Assembly (NCBI RefSeq): GCF_963921235.1 | Contig: NC_086106.1 | Span: 23,002,001 to 23,066,000 of the forward strand | From: Mobula hypostoma | Lineage: Eukaryota | Reading direction: 5' to 3' | Length of the DNA: 64,000 nucleotides | Shown: positions 12,801 through 26,544 of the stretch, piece after piece | Position numbering within the stretch: the first letter of the stretch is position 1 | Layout: every line of letters begins with the position of its first letter | The notes under the pieces: generated by a model | What the model was told of the DNA's origin: nothing | Seen by the model: only the letters and a program-made list of their open reading frames with translations | Database searches by the model: none | Translations under genes and position numbers: made by a program

Positions 12801-15800
12801 CCCATCGCACCACTTCCACATGCAGGTCACTTATAAAAATCACGACGACGAAGTGTCCTAGAACTGATCCCTGAGGCACAGTACTGGTCGCCGGCCTCCA
12901 CGCAGAACATACCCGTCGACAACTAGTGTTTGTCTTCTGTGGGCAAACCAGTTCTGGATCTACAAAGCAATGCCCCCATGGATCCCACACCTCCTTACAT
13001 TGTCAATAAGGCTTGTTTGGGGTACCTTATCAAATGCCTTGCTGAAATCCATATGCACTACATCAACTGTTCTTCATTCATTAATGTGTTTCGCTAGATA
13101 TTCAAAAAAATCAATCAGGCTCGTCAGGCACGACCTGCCCTTGATAAAGCCACACTGACTGTTCCTAATGGTACATTATGCCTCACCAAATGTTCATAAT
13201 TCCTGCCTCTCGGGATCTTTTCTATCAAATTACCATGAACTGAAGTAAGACACACTGGTCTATAATTTCCTGGGCTATCTCTACACCCTTTCTTGAATAA
13301 GGGAACGACATCCGCAACGCACCAATCCTCCGGGACCTCTCCTGTCCCCATTGATGATGCGAAGATCATCGCCAGAGGCGCAGCAATCTCTTCCCCTATC
13401 TCCCACTATAGCCTGGTTACATCTCATACGGTCCCGACTACTTACCCAAATTGATGCATTCCAAAACCTCCAGCACATCCCCTTTCTTAATATCTACATG
13501 CTCAAGCTTTTTGGTCGGCTACAAGTCATCACTACAATTCGGAAGATCATTTTCCATAGTGAAGTCTAAAGTAAAATATTCATTAAGTACCTCTGCTATT
13601 TCCTCCGGTTCCATACACACTTCCCTACTGTGACACTTGATAGCTCCAATACTTTCACGTTTTATGCTCGTACTCTTCACATACTTGTAGAAAGTCTTGG
13701 AGTTTCCCTTAATCCTGCCCACCAAGGCCTTCTCATGGCCCATTCTGGCTCTTCTCATTTCCTTCTTAAACTCCTTCCTGTTATCCTTACAATCTTCTGG
13801 ATCACTAACATTACCTAGCCATCTGAACCTTCGTAAGCTTTTCTTTTCTTTTTGACTAGATTTACTGCAGCTTTTGTACCCGACCATAACTTTTGTCTCA
13901 TTGCAACGTACCTATGCATAACTCCAAACAAATGTCCCCTGAATTTGCCGCATTTCTTCCGTACCGTTCCCTGAGAACATATGTTCCCAATTTACGCTTC
14001 CAAGGTCCTGCCTGTTAGCCTCATAATTCGCCTTACTCCAGTTAAAAGCTTTTCTAAATTGCATGTTCCTATCTCGCTCCAATGCTGTTGTAGAGGAGAT
14101 ATAAATATGATTACTATCTCCAAAATGCTCTCCCACTGAGAGATCTGACACCTGATCAGGTTTATTTCATAATTCCAAATCAAGTGTAGTCTCTCCTCCG
14201 GTAGGCTTATCTACATATTGTTTCATGAACCTTCCTGAACACACATAACAAACTCCACTCCATCTAAACCGCTTGCTCTAGGAAGATACCAATCGTTATT
14301 TGGGAAATTAAAATTTCCCGCCACGACAACTCTGTTCTTATTACACCTTCCCAGGATCAGTTTCCCTATCTGTTCCTCGATAACTTTGTTACTATTGGGC
14401 ACCCTATAAAAACACCCAGTAGAGTTATTGACCCCTTCCTGTTCCTAATTTCCACCCACAGAAACTCAACACAATCCTTCCATGAGTTCCACCTTTTCTG
14501 CAGCCATGACACTATCTCTGATCAGCAGTTCCACATCCTCACCTCTTCGCCTCCCTCCATGTCCTTTCTGAAACACCTACAACCTTGCACTAGAAGTAAC
14601 TAATCCTGTCCCTGAGCCATCCAATTCTCTGTAATGGTCACTCCATCATATTTCCAAGTTCTGATCCAGGTTTTAAGCTCATCGGCTTTGTTCACATTAC
14701 TCGTTGTGTTAACGTTGACACATCTCAAACCGTCGGCCTGAGCGCGACCCTTCACTATCACCTGCTTATCGTCCCTCACACGCTGTCTTCCAGCTTTCTC
14801 TATTTGTGAGCCAACCGCCTTTTCACTAGTTTCTTCAGTTCGGCCCTCACTCCCCAACAATTCTAGTTTAAACTCTCTCCAGTAGACTTAGCAAACCTCC
14901 ACGCCAGTATATGGTCTCCATGGGATTCAAGTGCAACACAGGCCCTTGATTCTGACACAGGACGAGCCCAGAGCCAACTCTGATGGCAACCGTATGTATT
15001 ACATACAGCAATCGGGCTCTGCAAAAGCCAGCACACGCGCCGGACTCAGCAGTTCATTTAGCGATTGAAAGAGCTGTTCAAATTTCGCATTCCACCAGGT
15101 CCAAAAGGGTTCGAAGGGCTAGGAACGCTTTCCTCTCCTCTACTTTTGTTCCCCTCGCTTTCTTCCCCAAGGAAGGGTCATCACTAAAAGCTGCTTTAAA
15201 GAGTGACTCACTTTCGCGTATCTATTCACGCATCTTAGGCGGAACCGTCGGAATCCAAGGAAGGAGCGCTAAGCGCTCACAGTCTGGGGCCCTGCCCATG
15301 AGGTCATCACCTTTATCTTAGACGGATCTTATCTACGCCTTCCCAGAGACCATGTGCTTAACATTGCTGACAGACGTCTTGCAAAACTGGCACTTCACCA
15401 GAGAAAGTTTTAACCCTTCAGCTTTCAGACGGCCCACCACCTTACGTAGAATCGCTTCATTCTCCTCCAAGGTGGACCCAAACTCTATGAGTTCGTCCAG
15501 AAACACCAATACATTAAGAATGTCATATTTCAGACTGTTTTCTCCATGACACGCTAAAAATTCGCAGATGCGGCGGATATGCTCTGGGACACCTTTTCGA
15601 ACTGGAAGAATCCCAATGGTAAAATAAATGCCCTCTCTCGTTCTCAGCCTCACACATGGGAATCTGGTAATATCAACTCCACAAATCCAGCACACTGATC
15701 CACTCCGCTCCACTCAAACAGGCGAGCGATCATTTGGACCGTATACTTTTGGGACGCACGTCTGTTCAGACTCTAATAGTCTACATACATCCGTACCTCC

Positions 15801-18050
15801 AATAATTTTTCCTGAGCCCAACAACGGGGACGCAAAGGGTCTTCTGGACTCAATGATGGTACCAGCTTCTTTCTACTTACAGAAATAGAGCTAAACGTCG
15901 GCCGCGACCTATCTCTGAACTGGGTGACCTGTGTTACACGGCTAGTGTGAAGAGTGCTCTTGGAAAAACCCACATCAAACTCGTCAATGGAAAAAAAAAA
16001 CCTTCCAGTTTCAACAAGGTCTGTATAAGCCTATTCTTCCAACCCGTATGTAACGGTGATCTCCCAAAGTTGACTGACAAAGCGGTCAAATTCGCACATT
16101 TTCCGATAGTTTCTCTCCGGCCTGTCTCATTAGGACACTGGACGTTACTGCCACCGAGAAGAGATGCACATGGGCATCCTCCGCCTGAACGTGACCTCCT
16201 TCTTCGTTGTGTTGCTGGCAATCAATGCTATCCTGATCGCCTGTATAACCAAGGATTTCTGCATTTTGGGTCTGACCAGTATTCCAGAACGAAATCCCAA
16301 CTCCCCCTCGTGGTCTGCCGGAGCATCCAACAAGAAAACCGCCCACTAGGGTATTCCGAGAAGTTTGGAGTATCCTATTACTCTCGCTTCATCCCTGGGC
16401 CGTAACGGATAACGTTCTCAGGAAGCTTTATAAAGCATTCTCCTTGCAACCTTCCATGAGCCTCCCCACAATAGGAGTGTTGCTCCTCATAACGACTGAA
16501 ACACCGCACTTCTGTACATGGTCAGGTCAAACTAGTGCTAATATATCAAGCTCCTGAACCGCTCACACATCGGCCTCCAACAACTCCAGCTTCACTGACA
16601 AATAACCATCACCGAGATATTCACTCAGACTTAACCCTCAGATGTCTAGTGTACGGAGTCGCATCAGAGCTAAATCCGTCAAGTACTGTTAGCAAAAATG
16701 AACAGTACAGCAAAGAGATCTGCGTCCATGTGTCAAGTATGATTCTCGCATAAACATCCTGTATCTGTATCGATACACTGGAGCTTAGCCCCCATAAGGG
16801 TTTAGGATTTCTTTTTTTTTCTTTTGATTTTGTGTGTTCCTTGATATATTGCAGGGAATATGTTCCCTCCGATGCGCCAGGCCATCCCCATGATGCGTCT
16901 CTTTTTAAGTATTCACATCGACTTCCTCGGTTTAGGTACCTAGGGTCTCACTCTCCGAGGGCTTTCCCTTCGTTCATAATCCCGACTGAAGTGTCCCTCA
17001 TCACCACATTTGTACCAGACAAACAAGGCCGCTCGCCTTCTCTCCTTAGTATATCCGCCTCCCTATCAACACCACCTAACGTGGACCCGCTGATAACAAA
17101 GGGGATCTCTCAGTTCATCAACTCTGCCACAATCTGTTCTACCACTCCTTGGAGAAGGGAATCCGTGGTCACTTCCCCCCAGCGGACTACTGCCGAGGAC
17201 GGTACCCTGCTGTCGGAGGCCTCCCGCTCCTCAGAAGCATTGTCCCCCTTTCGTACTTTTTTGCACAATTCAACAAATGATGGAGGGCGGTGCGTCCTAC
17301 GAGACAATCGCGGACCCCAAGCGATCAGGTTCAGAGACTGGGCGCGTTTCGCTATTTGCTGCATCCTTGGCCACTCTGCGCCATAAGCAATTTAACTGCC
17401 TCTCCAGCCGAAAGATTTAGGCATAAAGCTTCTGTCCCTTCTCTTTACACACGCTCTGAAACCCCGTCATGAACTTCAATGTGTTTCCCGTCGTCGCACC
17501 AAAGACCTTCTCGCGTTCGCATGTTGGCCGCAGAAGTGGCAAGGGACTTCTGTACCTTTACGGCTCTCACAACGACAGCAGCCTGCCCACTCAAACTTTC
17601 AACCGATCGTGTCGTTTTACGTCATCCTACCACTGCCACTCATCTGACAATTCACACGTCTGTTCTGCCCAATTCTCATACTCCTCTTCCCATTCATGGG
17701 TAGGCTCCGTTTTTTTTGGGGGGGCGAGGGACAGGCGAACAACGATAGCTGGGAATTTTTCCATTTATTCTGCAGAGACGTAAGGGCGGATACTGACTCA
17801 TATTTTTTTTTTTACTTCTCACTGGGGGTCAGGGACTCATTAGACATTCCAAATCAGACCACTCCTTCCTCTCCCTCAGCAGAAACAAGAAAACACTGTC
17901 CTTAAAGACTCCGTCTCCATCTGCGGGAGTCTCTACTTGCGATTTGACCCTCATCCTTATACTCTACTCCTCCGGGCAAGTATTGTCAGTCCACGGCCAC
18001 CTTTGTCCTGGGACACCTATATTGACAGGCAGAGCACTGATTGTCTGAAC
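9880..18050 (-). mobile_element. Gypsy LTR retrotransposon with PNMA-like Gag, pseudogenised and interrupted by a CR1
   Basis: Minus strand: Gag EEEYENWAEQ...EWQ and PPSFVELCKKVR (about 16830-17800); RT VLVFLDELIEFGSTLEE...GLKLSLVKCQF (15333-15713); RNaseH end SLKYWSGRRNID (11526-11768); integrase HSYNCKRNNYTRYSPYYLVFG..RLPID (about 10905-11010). PPT-like tract at 9914-9930. Many frameshifts. Confidence 0.85.
11986..14939 (-). mobile_element. CR1 LINE ORF2 (APE-RT), degenerate, inserted in the Gypsy pol
   Basis: Minus-strand fragments NVNTTSNVNKADEL...ITENW (APE), DSPGNYRPVCLTS, VPQGSVLG, FADDT; the tail TAGAAACATAGAAAA is at the left end. Confidence 0.92.
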
Positions 18051-18261
18051 TAAAACAATGTATGTACTCGTCATGATGTCATATCTCCGCCCCGCAATCG
18101 TATCTCTTCAGCGTTCAGAGTACTTAAAAGTGGGACTAACAAATCATTGGGAGTTTGAATATATACCCCTCTCAATACGCACGTATTTCTTACAGTTAGG
18201 CACATGGGTGAAAAAAAATGGTTATGGTGTTGCGGGTTTCGTACGTTCTTTTTAATAAATA

Positions 18262-18370
18262 TATGGGTCAGCAAAACATCGAGGGCCGAAGGGCCTGTAC
18301 TGTGCTGTAGTATTCTAGTGTCTACTGTCTAGTGTCTACTGTCTAGTGTCTACTGTGTAGTGTCTGTTGT
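18262..18370 (+). mobile_element. Short CR1 3' tail with 14-bp tandem repeat
   Basis: GAGGGCCGAAGGGCCTGTACTGTGCTGTA followed by (CTAGTGTCTACTGT)x3-4. Confidence 0.7.
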
Positions 18371-19364
18371 TCAAGACTCGTGCACCAATATTTCTGAAGA
18401 GTTGGGGTACATGTGTGACTCGAGCGATTGCATCTAACATTGGTTCCATAAATTTAAGAGGGAGAACGGTTGCACAACTATGACAATCCGGAAATGGCTG
18501 ATGGTCTTTTCGGCTAGTAAGATGCAGGTGGACTATTGTTTTACACAGCGGGTGACTATTTGGTTTATCGAGCTGCGGATTGTTCTTTTGTGCTTTATAC
18601 GTACTTTTCTAGGGTTCTTAAAATTCAGAAGGCGTGATTTTCATGGTGTCGTGTATTTCAAGCTGTGAAATGATAGCTTACTTGCCAGTCGATAGCGGCT
18701 ACCGCCACGGCCGTCCTTAATTGGTCGTCTCGAAAGCTGCAGGAGCTTTATGTCATTGGTTTCCATGAGTGCGGCGACGGAAATGCCCAGTTACAGACGC
18801 AATTGCCGCGTACGAATAGCAGGTGCAAGAGATTCGCCTGGTTTCCCTTTGTTTAAAAGACCTCTGTTTTACACACAGAGGTTGCGATCAGTGCTGAAGA
18901 ACCTATTGGAAAGTATGCTACAAATAGAGCATGCAAACAAAACATTGACGCATGCGCACGCTCAGCTTGGTTTCTTTTGAAAGTTTCGTTTTCATACTGT
19001 AAAAAGACGAAACTTCATTAAGTACCTCCTGAGCGTTTCGTAACATAGGATGGTGTCGATGAGCATCCGTTTGACGTCGTATTGTAAACGAAAAAATATT
19101 CTATTTTTCTGCGAAGTAATGCTTAATGTACTTATTCGTAGTCATAGTCTGTTGTCCATTTACCAATCCCTTGAACATGCTCGATCTTAATAACGACGCC
19201 GGTGAGAATGAGTGGAATGAAAAAAAAACTCTCCTGGTCATTGGAAACAGGACAGCACGACGTTGTAAAATAATGCTGAATATAACACATTAACCTGATA
19301 CTTTCCTCTTTCATCTCACGCCATCAACCTGCCTTATGTACGTTTGCGTTAACCCTCGTGCTTG

Positions 19365-19367
<3 letters not shown>

Positions 19368-19429
<62 letters not shown>

Positions 19430-19461
19430 CAACCCTCTCTCTCTCTCTTTCCCTCGCTCTC
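19368..19461. repeat. (CT)n microsatellite
   Basis: Directly visible dinucleotide run. Confidence 0.97.
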
Positions 19462-20109
19462 TATGTTCCGCTCAATCTCTGGATCGATCTATCGAGCTCT
19501 TTTGTTTATTTGCATCTTGTTTTCTTTTCGATTTAACAAGCGTGCTGCATTAGGAAATGGAGTCTCCTTCGTGGCTAAGCTATTAGACTGGTACATTGAA
19601 ACTCCATCATAGTTTTACAGTATAATGCTTATCTTCTCTCATTAATTGACAAGAAAAGTGCACGTTAACTGGATATCATCCTGGGAAAGTATGAATCTGA
19701 ACTGCAGCGGCCATTTCCGGAATGCTGAGTTCCCTTCAGATCTATGGGATGGCTGAAACTGTGAACCATTGAAAGTCGAAGTAATCATGAGATTTCTAGT
19801 GCTCTATAAAAATATTGGTCTAATGTAGCTGGCCAATCTCTTATGTTTCTAACTTTGAGGAGCAGATTTTTATCTTGATTATCTTCAGTTTGTTTTCGAT
19901 CCCATTCAGTTCTCCGCCTTGCGACGCTTGAGATTGGGACACACAATTTAGCGCCATCGTCAAACTAGCTAACAGAGCTGAAGCAGGAATTGATCACGAA
20001 GTCCAAAGTCCAGGGAAATAGAAAAGGGCTGAAAAGACATTACTCTGGGCCATTGACGGTGAATAAGATCAGAACGTGTTCTCAGCTGTTTGTTTTTTAT
20101 GATTATGGT

Positions 20110-20310
20110 CAGCAGATCTTTTGCTGGAAAATAAGCTGGCAGACTTGTCTGCTGTAATTTTTATCTGGCATTTTCAACAATTACTCCACTGATCCAGGTA
20201 GCTCTGCAAGCATTGATCGACTTATTTAATGTTCACCACAGGGTAAATCCTGGTATCCTCCTCAAATCTGCTGAACCTGTTTACCACATTATCATCCAGA
20301 TCATTGTTAT
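20110..20310 (-). mobile_element. CR1 RT fragment
   Basis: Minus strand reads NDLDDNVVNRFSRFEEDT, matching INDLDDNVVNWISKFSDDT of the CR1 near 48285. Confidence 0.7.
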
Positions 20311-20358
20311 GGATGTCCAAAAAAAAAAAAAAGACGGCGGGGGAGGGGAAGCAGGAAG

Positions 20359-22610
20359 GTGATCGGCAGGAAAGGTGAAGCAGTAAACCGTCTCAACTTC
20401 AACGCTCCTCTCTCCTGCTCCAACCTCACTCCCACCGAACGCACAGCCCTCCACTCTCTCCGTAGTAGTCCCAACCTCACCATCAAACCCGCTGACAAAG
20501 GTAGCGCGGTAGGAGTCTGGCGGACGGACCTCCACCTCACTGAGGCCAAACGGCAGCTTTCTGACACCTCCTCTTACTTACCCGTGGAACAGGACCCCAC
20601 CAAAAGACAGCAAACCATTGTCTTCCGTACCATCACCGCCCTAATCACCTCCGGAGACTTTCCATCCTCAGCTGCTAAACTCATAATTCCCACACCCCGT
20701 ACCGCATGTTTTACCTCCTCCCCAAAATCCACAAGCCTGACTATCCCGGTAGACCCATAGTTTATGCCTACTCCTGTCCCACCCAACTTGTATCTGCCTA
20801 TCTGGACTCCATGTTATCACCCATAGTTCCGTCCCTCTCCACCTACATCCTGGATACCTCCCATGCCCTCCAGCTCTTCTATAACTTCCAGTTCCCCGGT
20901 CCCAACCGCTTCTTTTTCACTATGGATGTCCAATCCCTGTACACCTCCATTCCAAATCAAGAAGTCCTCAAAGCCCTCCGCTATTTTCTGGATAATAGAA
21001 CTCAACAGTCCCCCGCCAACACTAATCTTCTCTGGTTGGCGGAACTGGTTCTCACACTCAATAACTTCTCTTCTGGCTCGTTCCACTTTCCATCCTTCAG
21101 ACTGAGCGTGTAGCTATCGGAACTCGCATGGGTCCTAACTATGCCTGCCTCTTCGTTGGTTAAGTGGAACAGTCTGTGCTCCAAACCTATACTAGTACTG
21201 CTCCCCCACTTTTCCTTCGGTACATTGACGACTACATTGGTGCTGCTTCCTGCACCCATGCTGGGCTCGTCAATTACATCGACTGTACTTCAAACTTCCA
21301 CCCAACCCTCAAATTCACTTGCTCCACCTCTGACACCTTTCTGCACTTTCTCGGTCTCTCGGTCTCCATCTCTGGAGACAGACTGTCCACTGATATCTTC
21401 TAAAAGCCCACTGACTCGCATAACTCCCTCGAATATACCTCTTCCTACCCCGCCACATGCAAAAATGCCATTCCCTATTCCCAGTTCCTCCGTCTCCGCC
21501 GTATCTGCTCCAAGGAGGAGGTTTTCCGTTCCAGGATATCGCAAATCTCCTCTTTCCTTAAGGATCGTGGTTTCCCTTCTGTTGTCACCAATCATGCCCT
21601 CACCCGCATCTCATCCATTTCCCGCATTTCGGACCTCACCCCATCCACCCGCCACCACAACAGGGACAGAGTTCCCCTTGTCCTTACCTACCACCCCACT
21701 AGCATCCGGATCCAGCACATTATCCTCCGCAGCTTCCGCCAACTTCAACAGGACACCACCACTAAGAACATCTTTCCATCTCCACCCGTCTCCGATTTCA
21801 GCAGGGAGCGGACTCTCCGCGACTCCCTGATCCACACGTCCCAGCCCAGAGATCTGCCACCCGGCACTTATCCCTTTAAGCGCTAGTGCTACATCTGTCC
21901 CTACACCTCCTCTCTTGCCACTATTCAGGACCGCAAACAGTACTTCCAAGTGAGGCAACACTTAACTTGTGAGTCTTTTGGGGTCATCTATTGCATCCGG
22001 TGATCCCGGTGAGGCCTCCTCTACATCGGTGAAACCCGACGGAGATTGGGGGACCGCGTCGTCGAGCACCTCCGCTCCGTCCGCCACACAAGCCAGGATC
22101 TCCCAGTAGCCACTCACTTCAACTCTGCCTCCCACTCCCATTCAGAAATGTCCATACATGGCCTCCTCTACTGCCATGATGAGGCTAAACTCAGGTTGGA
22201 GGAGCAAAACCCAATATACCGTCTAGGTAGTCTCCAGACTCTTTGTATAAACATAGAATTCTCCAACTTCCGTTAATTCTCTCCCCCTCCCTTCCTCTAT
22301 CGCTATGTCACTCTTCTCCCTTCCCAGCTGTCTATCACCTCCCTCATGGTTGCACCTCCTACTACTACCCATTGTGTTTTCCCCTATTCCTTCTTCAACT
22401 TCCCTGTCACCTCCCCCACCTCTTTATCGTTCCCCTTACTAGTTTTTCACCTGGAACCTACCAGAGTTCTCCTCCCCACCCTCCCCCTACATTTTTGATA
22501 GGGCCTCTGCCCCTTCCCTCTACAGTAATGACGAAGGGTTGCGGTCCGAATCGATGACTGATCGTTTCCACCAATGCTACTCGAGCTGCTGAGTTCCTCC
22601 AGCGTGTTGT
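20359..22610 (+). mobile_element. Penelope-like element (RT + GIY-YIG), pseudogenised
   Basis: TIKPADKG, FYLLPKIHK..PGRPIV, TMDVQSLYTSIP, MGPNYA, FLRYIDD, and C-terminal VIYCI..GLLYIGETRRRLGDRVVEHL GIY-YIG motif, with frameshifts and stops. Confidence 0.92.
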
Positions 22611-22614
22611 GAAT

Positions 22615-23245
22615 GTTATTTGACAATCGAATCTTCTGTTTCACATTTCCACTAGACTCTGTGCTATATGGTGTAAGAAGGCTCTGCTTCATCCCGGAAA
22701 GTGCAATTACACTTTGCATTATCTGAGCCCAAAAAGCTGTGCATTGTTCTGTTTATGTACACCTACTTCATCTCGAGAGAGTAAATCCCTTTTCAATAAG
22801 ATTTCGGTAGTAGCTTTAGCCATGTTGGTCTCAGTTAAAACAGCTTCCAAACACTTTGTGAACATATTCACCACTTCACAAATATGTTTGTCCCCTACTG
22901 GGATGGATGCAAATAGTCTATCTCCAAAATAGTACAAGACCCTTCAGCTGGTCTGATATTTCGGAGGGCGTCTTTTTTTCATTTCTTTTGTTAAGTCTCT
23001 ATATTTCTTCTTCTAGTGCCTAAGTCGATAACGTCGACATTTTGTTCCTTCCTCCTTCCAATCTCCCCCCAGTCTGCAGCTGCTATCGCAGCCCCTTCAA
23101 AACACTTTGGTTCGATAAAGTTTTGTTGGATATTACCTTGAAAAATCCTCATCAGTATTTTGAAATATATTGCATATATTTCAGCTGATGCGATATTTTG
23201 GAGGAAAATATTGTGCGGTGAAGATTTTAATGGCCGGAAGGTTAA
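22615..23245 (-). mobile_element. Retroelement integrase core fragment
   Basis: Minus strand: LRNIRPAEG..TILEIDY, VVNMFTKCLEAV..TNMAKATTEILL, GMKQSLLTPYSTESSGNV, similar to the integrase D,D(35)E core (VDMFSKWVEA / TPYHPQSSG). Confidence 0.65.
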
Positions 23246-23248
23246 TAT

Positions 23249-25307
23249 TGTGACTTTCTGGGTGATGCGTAGTGGACAACCTGGTCCTACATTTCTAATG
23301 ACCAGTTCCTTTTTTTCTTATTCTTGCGTTACTATGCTTTTGGGGGACTATGTTGGGAAGTACCATTTCGTCTATTGTTACAGTTTAGCTCCGGTTATAC
23401 AGTTAGTTGCTTGTGTTTCAGCATCGCCCCACACGCAGCGAAACAGGGCTTGTGTTACCGAGGCGGTGTTGAAGACTGACGAGGGAGAGCCCGAGAGACA
23501 GTTCCGACCAGTGCCGCCGGCCACAAAATGTCTCTGCTACCGGTGCGGTTGGGCAGGTCATTTCGCCCAGGATTGCACCGCGCTGGCGCCACGCCACAGC
23601 TCAGAGCAGCCATTGGGAACTATCGAGCAGGAAGAGCCAACAGAGCCCTGCAGAAGAACCCCTGCATTGTTGCCCTTCTGTGTGGTTCGTCTGGGTGAAG
23701 AGCAAGGTTTATACGGGAACTGCATAGTAAAAGGCATCAGATGCCGTCTGTTGGTGGACAGCACCATCCGTTCCGGTGTTCTGCCTAACACGGACAAGCC
23801 ATCCCCGCCTGGTTGGACAAGGACGGCAGTTCGACTGCTGGCGATGACCAGTGACTGTGCGGCGATGCGGTAGAAGAGGAGGTTTCGCATCGCAGTGGGG
23901 AAAAAAAATCAGTGGAGCACGAGGTGAGGCCAGCCGGCATTCGAGAGTCCTTTATCCTCGGCCTGGACCTGCTGTTCCGTTTGGCGAACCGTGTGGATGT
24001 GTCCGTTGCAACACCGTACCTCGGTGATGAAACCGTGGCTCTCCGGCTGGGCAGCTTCAGGAAGCGGTCCCATCGGGGTCAGGAACCATTGCCGGTTTCA
24101 CAGCAGGCCGCAGTAGTGCAGCACACCCGGCAGCGGCCCAACGGAACACAAGCTGAACCATGGGCAAGCGACGTTTACAGCATTTCAGGTGACAGCCAGC
24201 AACGACTTCGCCGACATGGAACAGCAGCTGTGCAGCGAACAGGTGGGAGATCCGCTGTTTGCCCTGGTAAGGGATGGGCTGAGTGTGAGGCGCCGTGGAT
24301 ACAGGAACCAAAGCCCTATACTCGCAGTAAGAATGCTGGAGGTCCACGACGGTTTGCTCTTCAGGCGGTAGTAGTTGTCCGATGGTGGCAGACTCTTGCA
24401 GCTGGTGATCCCCCGGGGTCTCCGTGCCATGGTGCTGCTGTCGGTGCACGGGCTGTTGGGTGCTGGGTATCTCTGAGCTGCAAAGACACTGGGCCGTCTG
24501 CGTGAGCGTTTTTTAATGAATGAGTACTATTTGTGCACTGCTGAGACGCTAGCGAGTCCCAGAAATGGCAAGGTCGCCAGTCTAGAGTGTCAATACAGCA
24601 GTACATGTTTCGGGCCACAGTATAGGTCTACAAACCCTCCCAGAAGAAGGGACTATCCGTCCGGCTTGGAAGTCACTGCAAGGGGCCGGAAGAGGTGCTC
24701 GAACACATCTGCGATGTGTTACATAGGGTGCGGTTGCCAGAGTGGCGGAAGCCAGTTGTGTTGCACCAGGTCCGTCTGATACCGTGTCAGCCCTTGGTCA
24801 CCACTATCCCAGCGAGGCTGAAGGAAGGAAGTGATACTCCAGTGCCCTGCATCTTGCGTCACACAAACAGGCAGCAGTGTCTACGCCCAACGGAACTTTT
24901 GGATCTTGCTATAGACTCTGGCGTTGCCGGAAATTGTTGACCCCTTGGGTGGGGGTAGTGTGACGTTCCGGGTGGGAGCGTGGTCGATAGCCTGCCCCTG
25001 CATTTCTAATGACCAGTACAGTTTGTTATTCTTCTGTTAAGATGCTTTGTGGGGTTATGGTGGGAACATTTAGTTTTTGTTAAATTTTAGCTGGGGTTAT
25101 TCTATTATCCGCGTGTTTATTTTTTCGGTAGCCGTAATAGTAACCGGGGTATATGATGGTCAACTGCCCCGTCGATGCGAGAAAGTTTGGGGTTCACTCG
25201 CCGGGTCATGGTGCCTGCTCTGTTTGTGACCATCACAATAAAACTGTTGTTGATTTAAAGAGCTTCCTTGTCTGTCATTATGGACTAAATGCTTGCCATA
25301 TTATTAC
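23249..25307 (+). mobile_element. Internally deleted Gypsy element with two diverged LTRs
   Basis: LTR starts TGTGAC at 23249 and 24959 and share CATTTCTAATGACCAG. PPT TGGGTGGGGGTAG lies before the 3' LTR. Gag zinc knuckle CYRCGWAGHFAQDC, protease-like LLVDS, integrase remnants. Confidence 0.85.
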
Positions 25308-26544
25308 GTTTTGAATATGGAAACCAGTTTGCAGTTTAGTTTGTTAAAGATATGGCCTTAGTTTTTTAGCAAAATCGATTCTTAGAATGAATACTTGTAA
25401 TTGCTGATATTGTAAGAATTAGATCCAAGAACATCAGACAAGTTGTTTGATAATATAAAGTTGTACAGGAACAGAATTGTCGAATTTTGTCTGTTGTCAT
25501 CGGTATAACTTATCACAAGGGAACTGCATGCGCAAGTACCCTTTTTTTTCAATTCATAAGGGTACTCGAACAGTATTTGCTTCTGAAATCGATTTGTACA
25601 GCTATGAAATAAACTGTGCTCACTGTATTACTTGGAGTTCGAAAACTATTTTCGGAGCCTCCACTGCCCACGACATAGTGACTAAAGCTTTCTCACCTAG
25701 ATATTCGTGTTTATTTTAATTGTTGTTAAATTTCATCGAACTTCCTTAGCACATTAATGTCCCAAACAATCGGGCCACGAGATGAGATCACGAACTATCT
25801 TCCCTCATATCAGCATGCTTCCCCATTCGGTGCCTTGAGTACAGGGAATGCTTCACCGCCCGTGGAACAAGAGCAGTCACATCCTATGGACAGTACACAG
25901 GGTGTAGTGGTGCACACCTGGTTACAGACCAAGAGAGTATAGTCTACGGGGCAGTAGCAGGACATTTCGATTCCCGTGTGGAATGTGAGGTTCGTGATGG
26001 CACAACGATTCCCGGTACCCCGGTGAACAAACGGAGATTGGGTACGGCATGCAGATAGATTTGTGTATGCAGACACACATGATTAGAACAGACCAATGAG
26101 GCAATCATAGTTGGCCCAAAGAGCAAACTGATTTTACGGAGATCACGAGATGAAAACGAAAACGAGTAAGCCCGTAACAGATTAGAATTTCCGTTTTAAA
26201 GATGCGTGGGAAAATAGTGCAGCAAGCAACTGGAACAGATTGGACCTTTCGTGGTACAAACATTTATTTTCTTTATCAATGACCCCAAGTAGCACACTTA
26301 GTTATATTAATGTTGAAAATAAAGGAAACGCCAAAGAACATGCCGGTTGGCTTTATAATCTTTGTTTCCAGTGATATTTTTTTTTAAGACCTGCAGGGAT
26401 AGCCGTCGACATCAAACTATTTTTCTTTCACAGATTATTTTCTGGAGGGGCAGTACACCTTATCTTGTGTATCCCTCAGATAAAGAGCACTCTAAACTTG
26501 AATATTTGAGTCAGGTAATGGAATGTCAAAATAGCAAATACCGG

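Noticed and set aside
18495-18570. SKMQVDYCFT followed by CACAGCG, V-end-like
   Set aside because: Better explained as a decayed CR1 3' region (FTQRV..W motif).
26430-26515. IIFWRGSTPYLVYP, J-like exon with splice signals
   Set aside because: No FGxG and no correctly oriented RSS.
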